Virus record (IMG/VR): IMGVR_UViG_3300012348_000120
Length of the DNA stretch: 64,000 bases
Direction: 5' to 3' (one strand)
DNA from: a virus
Taxonomy: Duplodnaviria > Heunggongvirae > Uroviricota > Caudoviricetes
The translations under genes and the position numbers were made by a program. Positions within the stretch are counted from its first letter, which is position 1. Each line of letters starts with the position of its first letter. Of the stretch, positions 48,170-55,966 are shown piece after piece. The notes below the pieces were generated by a model, which was not told the origin of the DNA, ran no database searches, and was given only the letters and a program-made list of their open reading frames with translations.

Positions 48170-49006
48170 TCACTTAAATAGTTTTGAGAGTGTTGAGGTT
48201 CCAGCGATTCCGTCTGCTGCCAGACCATTTTTCAGTTGAAACTTCATAACTGCTTCTTTTGTTGCTGGACCAAAATTTCCATCTGCAAGAAGGCCAAGTG
48301 CTTGTTGAAGTTTTGCAACGTCACTGCCTTTTGATCCAAGTTTCAACACAGTGTTGGATGGTTGTTCGGTCAACTGACTTCCACCAATAACTGCTAATGC
48401 TTTGTTGTAGTATTTCATACGATCTTCAAGACCATTGAACCCACCATTGATACGTCTTGTAAGTGCTTTCATATCTTGAATGTCAGCAAGTGCGTTCAGA
48501 TTATTTTTGGTCCAGAACCAGCAAGCTGATTCAATTGCACCTTCTTTTGTTTCAAGATATGCAATAGCTTGGTCAACGGTCATATTGATAGATTTAGCAA
48601 ACAGAGTGTAGTTGTCTTTTCCGGTAAGTTGTATTAGACCACGACCACGGTGCTTCCATCCATCTCCTTGCTCAGTATTGCCCATACGACCACCATATAC
48701 AACATTGGCGATCTTTTCAGGTTGACGTGAAAATTCCGCTGCATTACGTCCAGCATTGATAAAATATTTAGGGAATACCTTATTCAATCCCTCTGCGGAA
48801 TAATTCAGATTTTCTTGAATGGTTGTAAACTGACCACTTTCATGAGCACATTGGGCAATAAATGCGGCAACTCTGTGTGCAGTAGTAATATCATACTTTG
48901 GTAGGATTTTTGCAAGTGGTTCATACCAAGAACCAGCATCTTTGTTATTGGATAGAATTGAGGAAAGTTGATCTTTTGATATTGGCAATGACATTTGTGC
49001 CTCCAT
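48170..49006 (-). CDS. endolysin: GH19 catalytic domain plus C-terminal PG-binding domain
   Basis: AAFIAQCAHES, ENLNYS, RGRGLIQLTGKDNY, RINGG; LKLGSKGSDV..LQ...ADG.FG..T. Confidence 0.92.
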   Translation of the reverse strand: MEAQMSLPISKDQLSSILSNNKDAGSWYEPLAKILPKYDITTAHRVAAFIAQCAHESGQFTTIQENLNYSAEGLNKVFPKYFINAGRNAAEFSRQPEKIANVVYGGRMGNTEQGDGWKHRGRGLIQLTGKDNYTLFAKSINMTVDQAIAYLETKEGAIESACWFWTKNNLNALADIQDMKALTRRINGGFNGLEDRMKYYNKALAVIGGSQLTEQPSNTVLKLGSKGSDVAKLQQALGLLADGNFGPATKEAVMKFQLKNGLAADGIAGTSTLSKLFK

Positions 49007-49042
49007 ATGTTTGATATGATATTTATCATATCTTGCATAAGA

Positions 49043-49282
49043 TTAGGCATGTGTCATTGCAAATATTGCAGCATCAAGTTCTGAATCAAATTTTAGTTTT
49101 CGTTCTCTATGATATTGAATGACTACTGCACCATGCTCGTATAGCCAATCTTCAAAATCTTGACATACCTTGTGCGCTCTCCATTGTGCAGAATATAATG
49201 TCCCACGATGGACAACTGAATTTGCGTTCATCCAGTTTGCCCATATATCATCTAACACATGACTGTCAAGTAATACCGCCAT
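49043..49282 (-). CDS. hypothetical protein
   Basis: 79 aa. Confidence 0.5.
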   Translation of the reverse strand: MAVLLDSHVLDDIWANWMNANSVVHRGTLYSAQWRAHKVCQDFEDWLYEHGAVVIQYHRERKLKFDSELDAAIFAMTHA

Positions 49283-49922
49283 CGTCCACCCAAGGATTTT
49301 CTACTTCTTTTATCAATACTGCTTCGTAAATCTTTTTTATCTTGACATGTTGAAACATCATTGCTGCGTAAGAAACTTGTTCATATGTTTCAAAATATAT
49401 TGGTTCTGGAGAATAAATGGAAATCGTGTATGGCATCCATTTACCATTGTCTCTTACGTTTAGTGTAGTCATAACGTCAGTTACAGACTGTGTTGCTGCT
49501 TCTCTCTCGGTGTAGCTTTGACACGCAATCATCATCTTGTAACGATACATACCATGATACAAACCTTTACGAAGTTCAGCGTTTGTGTTCAATCCTTTGT
49601 AAATAGAACTCATATCCTTACGATATGGAACAGTGGCTTCTTCTATGAACTTTGAATAGTTCTCACACAAATGCTGAAAAACATATTCATCTTCCAAAAA
49701 GTAAGAATGGCCCATTTCAATGCGAGTTTTGTAATCAACTGCTTCTTTTTTCAAATACAAATCAACATTCTTGTATGCTGCCCGAATATCTTTGTGTCGT
49801 TCATTGTATTCATCACTATCATAACTGTTTCCGTTATGATAGGCATAAGAAGATGCGCTTTCAAATCGTATACGATAGGGATATTTGCGGTAGAATAATT
49901 TTATTGTTTCTGTTTTTTTCAT
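49266..49922 (-). CDS. hypothetical protein (paralog of 11831..12565)
   Basis: KLFYRKYPYRIR...EAVLIKE. Confidence 0.6.
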   Translation of the reverse strand: MKKTETIKLFYRKYPYRIRFESASSYAYHNGNSYDSDEYNERHKDIRAAYKNVDLYLKKEAVDYKTRIEMGHSYFLEDEYVFQHLCENYSKFIEEATVPYRKDMSSIYKGLNTNAELRKGLYHGMYRYKMMIACQSYTEREAATQSVTDVMTTLNVRDNGKWMPYTISIYSPEPIYFETYEQVSYAAMMFQHVKIKKIYEAVLIKEVENPWVDDGGIT

Positions 49923-50264
49923 TTACCATACCAAACCAAATGTCATCGCATCAGTCTCGTCCTCAAACATAAAGAGTTGTCCAGCAACATAGTAATGACA
50001 CTTGCAGTTTTCTTTGCACCATTCAATCATTTCTTTACGAGTAGCAGAATTAGAATCCAAATATATAGGAATGTATCCTTTGCTTTTGTATTCATTGACC
50101 TCTTTGATCTGTTGATTCAAATATTCAATCATCATTGACTGACTATTTGATTTTCCTGATGCTCTGCCACTCATAACCAAGGATACTTCCCCACTTGGAA
50201 TTCCACAGCTTAGGTTTAGAAACTTTTTTATTGCAGCATCGCGTTGTTGTTTCATGGTGCCCAA
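49923..50264 (-). CDS. hypothetical protein
   Basis: SGRASGKS; ends FEDETDAMTFGLVW. Confidence 0.5.
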   Translation of the reverse strand: MGTMKQQRDAAIKKFLNLSCGIPSGEVSLVMSGRASGKSNSQSMMIEYLNQQIKEVNEYKSKGYIPIYLDSNSATRKEMIEWCKENCKCHYYVAGQLFMFEDETDAMTFGLVW

Positions 50265-50557
50265 CTCACAAAGTCTGCCTGTTCTGCCACAAAGAGCATA
50301 CGAGTGAACTCATCTTTGTCAAACTTCATATCACCGTCTCGTGACTTGATAACACGAATAGGTTCGTTGTTCACTTGAAGCCAAACCTTTTCTGCTTTTT
50401 GCGCTCTGCCCATACTAGCATCGGAAAATGCAAAACCCTCATCATTGAATAGTCTTGGGTGTTTCACTGTCATTTGAGCAAGAGGTAAGCCAAAATGCTC
50501 GGCAACATTATGTGAGTAGCGATACCAGTATTTTACTGTTGCGTTCTCATAAATCAT
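50252..50557 (-). CDS. hypothetical protein
   Basis: 101 aa. Confidence 0.5.
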   Translation of the reverse strand: MIYENATVKYWYRYSHNVAEHFGLPLAQMTVKHPRLFNDEGFAFSDASMGRAQKAEKVWLQVNNEPIRVIKSRDGDMKFDKDEFTRMLFVAEQADFVSWAP

Positions 50558-50615
50558 AGTATACTCAGGTTGATGCTTTACTCTACATTTATATACGATT
50601 TCTAACTGTTTGTCA

Positions 50616-50640
50616 ATAAAAAAACGCCCCGAAGGGCGTT
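50616..50640 (-). terminator. intrinsic terminator
   Basis: aacgccc-ttcg-gggcgtt followed by a T-run. Confidence 0.8.
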
Positions 50641-50644
50641 AGGT

Positions 50645-50873
50645 GAGAAGAAAAGTAAGTAACAGACACAGCAATCTACAACGGCATCTGGGCCACTCAA
50701 GCAATGTGCAATCTACAAAATGCAATCACACCATATTACCGACAATCAAAATGCAAGTCCGTTGGTATATCGGATAAAAATGTCGGGACACGGTAGAATA
50801 ATTGAACATGCGAGTTCATTGAACTATTTTGTAACTTGACAGTTACGAATCTGTCCTAATCTCTTTTCTTCTC
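50645..50873 (-). ncRNA. candidate structured ncRNA downstream of the 187-aa gene
   Basis: 11-bp closing stem GAGAAGAAAAG/CTTTTCTTCTC; internal short repeats; lies between a UUCG hairpin and a terminator. Confidence 0.55.
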
Positions 50874-50902
50874 TAAGTGGAACCCGAAGGTTCCACTATC
50901 TC

Positions 50903-51466
50903 TTACAGAACTGACGCCTGTTCCAGAACAGCAACAGCATTGTCTGACAGTTCAATCTGAAGTCGGACGTTCAGTTCAAGAAGTTCATCTTGAATGGCTT
51001 GCTTGCGAAGTTTTAGTTCAGCAAGTTTTTCCTTGAAACCAAGGATGTCAGACTCATCAAAAATGGAAGTGCGAACTTCGTCATCAAAACGGTTATAAGG
51101 GTCTGGCTCACGACCTTTGATCTTACCAAGTTTACCGATAAGGACATCTTGCGAAACGGCTGGTGCAGTTCCCGCAAGACGCTTGATGAGCGTAATCTCT
51201 TTTTCAAGGCGGGCAACAGCGGCAAGACGCACGTTCACACCATTTCCTTCGTTCTGCATACCAACAGCGACACGAATGTCATAAAGCACGTCTAACAGTG
51301 CTTCCCGTTTGGCAAGATCAGCAGAAAACTTACTCTTTACGATTTGAATTTTGTCAGTTGGGCGCTCAAACTCATTGATTGAGACTTCGGTTGGCAATGC
51401 CAATGCATTGATTACTTCGTTGATTGAACGCTGGATTGCGTCTGCTTTGCGTAGCGAGATTTTCAT
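50903..51466 (-). CDS. conserved phage coiled-coil protein
   Basis: MKISLRKADAIQ...IQDELLELNVRLQIEL. Confidence 0.7.
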   Translation of the reverse strand: MKISLRKADAIQRSINEVINALALPTEVSINEFERPTDKIQIVKSKFSADLAKREALLDVLYDIRVAVGMQNEGNGVNVRLAAVARLEKEITLIKRLAGTAPAVSQDVLIGKLGKIKGREPDPYNRFDDEVRTSIFDESDILGFKEKLAELKLRKQAIQDELLELNVRLQIELSDNAVAVLEQASVL

Positions 51467-51702
51467 TTCATTTCCTCTTTGATTATTTTATTACTATAAC
51501 AGTAAGTGACTGATTTGTCAAGACTTTTTTTGCTGGTTTATTTTTTCTTTTGCGCCTACCACATTATACAATGCAAAATCAAGTAGGTAATCCGAATCTC
51601 TGTGTTCTAAAAATAATTGCAGATTGCGAATGGCAGTCTCAATATCATTTTCAACTGTATTCTTGGTGGCTAAAGCAAATAAACCCATTCTTGTTTCCTA
51701 TT

Positions 51703-51779
51703 TGGTGCTCCCGACAGGATTCGAACCTGTAACCCTCGGTTTCGAAGACCGATGCTCTATCCAGTTGAGCTACGGAAGC
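51703..51779 (-). tRNA. tRNA-Arg(UCG)
   Basis: Full cloverleaf, tcggt-ct-TCG-aa-accga, encoded CCA. Confidence 0.95.
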
Positions 51780-51785
51780 GTTATT

Positions 51786-52418
51786 TCAAGGTAGACGATT
51801 TTCCACGTCAAATGTTGTGATCGGACCTTTTGATCCTTTTTGATAAACCCCAACACATAGTCGGTTGGTGTAAAATGCACCACAATCCAAGTTACAACGA
51901 TTTATTGCGAACACTGGACCGTCACCATGCGGAGTATGCCCATGGTTCAAATACATAGTCGGATGATCAAACGATGCATACCTACCACGTCTACGCCAAA
52001 TCATCGCATGTTCAAGTTGCTGACTTGCTTCAAGTCGTTCATCCCAGTCGGCATGAACAAAGATATTATCGTCTTCAATGTGATAGATTTTGAGTTTATT
52101 GATCCAACGCAATACTTCGTCGTCAATAAATCCGCCAAAACTATCTAATATTTTTGGATCATATAGCTGATTTGACGAGCACCAATCATACATCAACATA
52201 TCTTCATGGTTGCCTTTGAGGCAAATATATTCCCAACCAGTTGGCGGAACACTCATCAAGTAACGAACAACCCCGCCACTATCTGGCCCACGATCAACAT
52301 AATCCCCAAGAAAGATAATCTTTCCAGAATCCTGACGTGAGAATATCTCCTTCAATGCAAGATCAAGTAAATCTTTTCTTCCATGAATATCTGCTATGGC
52401 GTAATATATTTCACTCAT
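51786..52418 (-). CDS. Ser/Thr protein phosphatase (metallophosphoesterase)
   Basis: IADIHG, GDYVDRG, LKGNHE, HGHTP, DCGA. Confidence 0.92.
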   Translation of the reverse strand: MSEIYYAIADIHGRKDLLDLALKEIFSRQDSGKIIFLGDYVDRGPDSGGVVRYLMSVPPTGWEYICLKGNHEDMLMYDWCSSNQLYDPKILDSFGGFIDDEVLRWINKLKIYHIEDDNIFVHADWDERLEASQQLEHAMIWRRRGRYASFDHPTMYLNHGHTPHGDGPVFAINRCNLDCGAFYTNRLCVGVYQKGSKGPITTFDVENRLP

Positions 52419-52437
52419 AATAATTCTTTCTAAATAT

Positions 52438-52592
52438 TGGTCAAGTGGGAAGGACTCGAACCTTCAACTGAGTTACAACTTACACATACTCTTGCAAATG
52501 GGTTCGTCTCGAGCCTACTACCACCCACTCAATGTGCCTCACTGTAACTCCACGGCCATCTGCCGCTGCGTCTACCATTTCGCCACCACTCG
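52438..52592 (-). ncRNA. tRNA-Leu-like RNA with truncated anticodon arm and ~85-nt variable domain
   Basis: CGAGTGG/CCACTTG-A-CCA acceptor; D arm TGGCGAAATGGTAGACGC; T arm gaagg-TTCGAGT-ccttc. Confidence 0.8.
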
Positions 52593-52611
52593 TAAGACGA
52601 TTTTGAGAAAG

Positions 52612-52773
52612 TCATCCCTTGTCAAAATCGTCTTGGGTCTTATTACCCTTGCGCAAATCTACCTTATCATCACGGCGTTGCGCTTTTTTGCTCTTTCCAT
52701 GAGCACCACTTTTTTTCGTAATCAGGTGTTGCACGAAGGGATTACGAGCCTTCGGAAGTTTTTTTCGTTTCAT
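52612..52773 (-). CDS. small basic protein (not in ORF track)
   Basis: MKRKKLPKARNPFVQHLITKKSGAHGKSKKAQRRDDKV..., 53 aa, AGGAG RBS. Confidence 0.7.
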   Translation of the reverse strand: MKRKKLPKARNPFVQHLITKKSGAHGKSKKAQRRDDKVDLRKGNKTQDDFDKG

Positions 52774-53051
52774 TTTCAATCTCCTGAATTTCTACCTTTG
52801 CTTCTAACTTGTCGACTTCATAGGCATGAACAATTGCCTTCGCATCTTCTTCTTTTGTGGTGATTGCCACTATCTCATCGTTCACAATCACATAGTATGT
52901 CATTCGGATTTCTCCGTTTCATATGGAATGAACTCAACCGTCCACTTTCCATCTGACCAAGTTTTCAGATGCTTCATCCAATATTTGAGTTTGCCATACT
53001 TCTTCTGATGAAGGCGAGTAAGGTAAGAAAGGTTTCCACTGTGAATGTTGT

Positions 53052-53279
53052 TCATTCTTTGCTCCAATCATAGACATCATCAAAGTCAAGTCCCTGAGAC
53101 TTGAGGTCGCTGGCGATTTTCTTGACTTCTTCGAGATCACCGTCAAAACCAAGGTCTTCACGAATAGCTTCTTCGGTTTCACCATGGAAGAACCAGCAGA
53201 CAGCTTCTTTGAAAATCTTGGTCATTTCGTCTCTCCCTCTTACTTGTATAGATATACACTGATTCGTATGAGAAGTCAA
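53052..53279 (-). CDS. hypothetical protein
   Basis: True start probably at MTKIFKEAV. Confidence 0.45.
   Translation of the reverse strand: MTSHTNQCISIQVRGRDEMTKIFKEAVCWFFHGETEEAIREDLGFDGDLEEVKKIASDLKSQGLDFDDVYDWSKE
53251..53279 (-). promoter_or_regulatory. sigma70 promoter with CGAATCA in spacer
   Basis: TTGACT-N7-CGAATCA-N3-TATATC. Confidence 0.8.
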
Positions 53280-53288
53280 TACATATTT

Positions 53289-53552
53289 TTACGGTCGGAC
53301 CATAGGACGACCAGTAAAGGCTTCAAGAATTCCATAATACCAATCCTCATTCGCATCACGAAGGATTGCCAACGGGGCGTTATCTTTTGCCATTTCGGCA
53401 AAGTAACTCTCAACAGTATGGTTAGAAATCAGTTCTTTCAAGAACTTTGCCTTGGTAAAGGGACCACGATGCTTGAAACGAGCAACGAACTTACCCTCGT
53501 AACGAACATATTCACCAGAAGTTTCGAATTTGGCTTTTACAAACTTTGTCAT
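53289..53552 (-). CDS. hypothetical protein
   Basis: 87 aa. Confidence 0.55.
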   Translation of the reverse strand: MTKFVKAKFETSGEYVRYEGKFVARFKHRGPFTKAKFLKELISNHTVESYFAEMAKDNAPLAILRDANEDWYYGILEAFTGRPMVRP

Positions 53553-53576
53553 GGTGTCTCTCCTTGTTGCAGTATT

Positions 53577-53605
53577 TTTATATACTGATTCGTGGAAAGA
53601 GTCAA
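53577..53605 (-). promoter_or_regulatory. sigma70 promoter with CGAATCA in spacer
   Basis: TTGACT-N7-CGAATCA-N3-TATAAA. Confidence 0.85.
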
Positions 53606-53631
53606 CAAGAATATGAACGATGTATGTAAAA

Positions 53632-53706
53632 TGGTGCTGCGAAAGAGGATTGAACTCTTGACCTCTGCTTTACCAAAGCAGTGCTCTACCACTGAGCTAC
53701 CGCAGC
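53632..53706 (-). tRNA. tRNA-Thr(GGU)
   Basis: Cloverleaf, ctgct-tt-GGT-aa-agcag, CCA. Confidence 0.95.
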
Positions 53707-53716
53707 ATAAAAATAT

Positions 53717-54358
53717 TTATCTTCTCACTACCCATCCACGAAAATTGTAGCTTTGCCATACTTGATCAGCATGTCCAAGATACTTCAACTCTTCTGTGAT
53801 TTCAGCATTAGTCAAACAAAACATCTTTCCAATAAGGCTGTAGTCTTTGTCTAAAATCTCTTTGTCAGTGAAGTGCTTTCGTTTTTGATTGTAGTGTTCT
53901 TTTGTCATAATAGAGTTTAGTTTTGCGGTGTCACTAAACACTTTTTCTGCAAGTAATAACGTTGCACCGTTGTCTATCAACTCTTTCAGCTTATTTACCA
54001 CTTGCCTACGCTTGTATTTGCCAAGAAACTGCAAAGTAAACATAGATACGATCAGGTCAACGGATGTAAAGTTTTCCAATGCAGTGATTACATCTTGGTT
54101 GAGAAACACAAAGTTTTTCTCAGATGCCATTTCAACTACATCAACACCCACATAGAAGCCTTCTGTTGAGGCTGATAGGTCGTTGAGAAACTTGCCAGTG
54201 CTGCATCCAATATCAATACACTGGCCTTCTGGTGGCATATATTCAAGGGCTATGGCCCTAAAAACGTCATACAGTCCTTGATAGTTTGGAATGGAAAGGT
54301 TGATATGATTGTCAAAATCTTCAACCTTCTGAAAGTCAAACTTGTTGTGCATCATCAA
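53717..54358 (-). CDS. CmoA-like carboxy-SAM synthase / SAM methyltransferase
   Basis: FDF..VEDFDNHINLSIPNY, IDIGCSTG, FTLQFL, LAEK. Confidence 0.8.
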   Translation of the reverse strand: MMMHNKFDFQKVEDFDNHINLSIPNYQGLYDVFRAIALEYMPPEGQCIDIGCSTGKFLNDLSASTEGFYVGVDVVEMASEKNFVFLNQDVITALENFTSVDLIVSMFTLQFLGKYKRRQVVNKLKELIDNGATLLLAEKVFSDTAKLNSIMTKEHYNQKRKHFTDKEILDKDYSLIGKMFCLTNAEITEELKYLGHADQVWQSYNFRGWVVRR

Positions 54359-55229
54359 ATTCCCGTATCAGTTCGCCAACATGTTGAATTACATTCACTG
54401 TCATTCCATTGTAGACAAACTTTTGCGTGTCAGTCAAATTGCACCCATCGAACCAATCAATCGGAAATGATTGTAATAGCAGTCGTTCAGTAGGTGTAAC
54501 TCTACGAATTCTATTTTCAGTGATTACCAAATCAGTAAACTGCTTGTAGTCTCTTTTGCAAAGAGTAGAGGCTAATCCTGATTCGGTAAATTCTGCATTG
54601 CTTTGACGAGTGATGTAGGTAAATCCTTCTTGCCCTCTTTCTGGCTTCGCCTCAAAACTCCACTTAAAGCCTTGTGCGATAGATTCCACTTTTCGTCTGT
54701 GTTCGTCTGTATCACGTTCTCTAAACTTGAAGATTTCGGTTCCAAGGGGGATTCCGTCACGGACGGCCACAATGTAAACTCTACGTCTTCGTTGGGGAAC
54801 TCCAAAAAACTTGGAGTCGTAGATTGTCCAAGTCGCATCGTACCCGATTTGGGCAAGGTCGTGTAAGACGACTTCAATTCCTCTGCCAAGGATTGCAAAG
54901 ACGTTTTCAATGATCGCATATTTTGGTTTTCCTTCATCTATAAGTCGTAGATACTCTTTCCATAGTCCAGAACGTTCACCAGTAATACCAGCACCTTTTC
55001 CGCCTACAGAAATGTCTTGGCAGGGGAAACCCCCACACATAACGTCATATTCTCCACCATTCAGATGGAGTGTTTTTACATTGTCAAAAATGATAGTATC
55101 TGGAAAATTCTTTTTTAGAACTCGTGTAGCTGGTTCCTCAATTTCACACATAGCAGAAATATCAAATCCTGCTCGTTGAAGACCGAGTTCAAACCCACCA
55201 ACACCACTAAATAGTCCCAATACTTTCAT
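54336..55229 (-). CDS. C5-cytosine DNA methyltransferase family protein
   Basis: LFSGVGG, GGFPCQDIS, IENV, QRRRRVY. Confidence 0.92.
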   Translation of the reverse strand: MKVLGLFSGVGGFELGLQRAGFDISAMCEIEEPATRVLKKNFPDTIIFDNVKTLHLNGGEYDVMCGGFPCQDISVGGKGAGITGERSGLWKEYLRLIDEGKPKYAIIENVFAILGRGIEVVLHDLAQIGYDATWTIYDSKFFGVPQRRRRVYIVAVRDGIPLGTEIFKFRERDTDEHRRKVESIAQGFKWSFEAKPERGQEGFTYITRQSNAEFTESGLASTLCKRDYKQFTDLVITENRIRRVTPTERLLLQSFPIDWFDGCNLTDTQKFVYNGMTVNVIQHVGELIREFDDAQQV

Positions 55230-55274
55230 TCTTCACCTCATTTTTATAGATAATATCAAAAAAAACTAACGTTG

Positions 55275-55466
55275 TCAAGAGATAAGAAAGTTTGCATCTT
55301 CCAAATCTTCGCGTAATACGAAGTCATCGGGAAGCTGAACAGACTTACCTTCCATCACGCTTTCAATTAGTCTTTTACTTTCTAACAGACTTTTACCAGT
55401 ATGCTTTCTAACGGCAGTTATGGCATCAATTGATTTAGCATTATGCTTGCATCCGATTATATACAT
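55275..55466 (-). CDS. small protein, ribosomal L7/L12 C-terminal-like
   Basis: SIDAITAVRKHTGKSLLESKRLIE resembles [24 protein letters not shown]. Confidence 0.5.
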   Translation of the reverse strand: MYIIGCKHNAKSIDAITAVRKHTGKSLLESKRLIESVMEGKSVQLPDDFVLREDLEDANFLIS

Positions 55467-55489
55467 ATCCTTTCTCCTTTAGAATAGAA

Positions 55490-55565
55490 TGGTCCCCAAG
55501 GACGGAATCGAACCGCCGACACCAGCATCTTCAATGCCGTGCTCTACCAACTGAGCTACTTGGGG
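55490..55565 (-). tRNA. tRNA-Phe(GAA)
   Basis: Cloverleaf, CCA. Confidence 0.95.
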
Positions 55566-55719
55566 ACAACCAGTTTTGAGACATGGGGGGTCAACCGCTC
55601 TTTAACGACAACGGTGGTCGGAACACCTTTACATCAGGTTCCTATGACATATCTTTACATCGTTTAGCTCACAACGACTGGGAATACATGCTAACCCGCT
55701 GCTTCGTAATCTTACCATC

Positions 55720-55795
55720 AGTGACCCAAAGGGATTCGAACCCTCACCTTTGCTTTTTTGCAGCAACGTCCTATCCTTACTTGGACCATGTGTAT
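55720..55795 (-). pseudogene. degenerate tRNA (loop gcAAAaa)
   Basis: D, anticodon and T arms present; acceptor stem broken; no CCA. Confidence 0.55.
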
Positions 55796-55810
55796 GTAGT
55801 AAGATAATTT

Positions 55811-55881
55811 TGGAACCCCCGAAAGGAATCAAACCTTTCATCGTAGGCTTAGAAGGCCATGTCCGTCTCAGCGGCGAGGGT
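55811..55881 (-). tRNA. tRNA-Arg(UCU)-like, degenerate D and anticodon stems
   Basis: ACCCTCG/CGGGGGT acceptor, loop ctTCTaa, T arm, CCA. Confidence 0.6.
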
Positions 55882-55888
55882 GTTATTA

Positions 55889-55963
55889 TGGTGCGGTTTA
55901 ATGGATTTGAACCATTGACCTCTGTCGAGTCAGGACAGCGTTCTACCCCTGAACTAAAACCGC
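55889..55963 (-). tRNA. tRNA-Val(GAC)
   Basis: Cloverleaf, ctgtc-ct-GAC-tc-gacag, CCA. Confidence 0.93.
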
Positions 55964-55966
55964 ATT

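Noticed and set aside
55811-55881. Possible amber suppressor (CUA) reading of this tRNA
   Set aside because: The best stem (GGC/GCC) frames a canonical C-U-UCU-A-A loop, and genes read cleanly in the standard code, so there is no sign of recoding.
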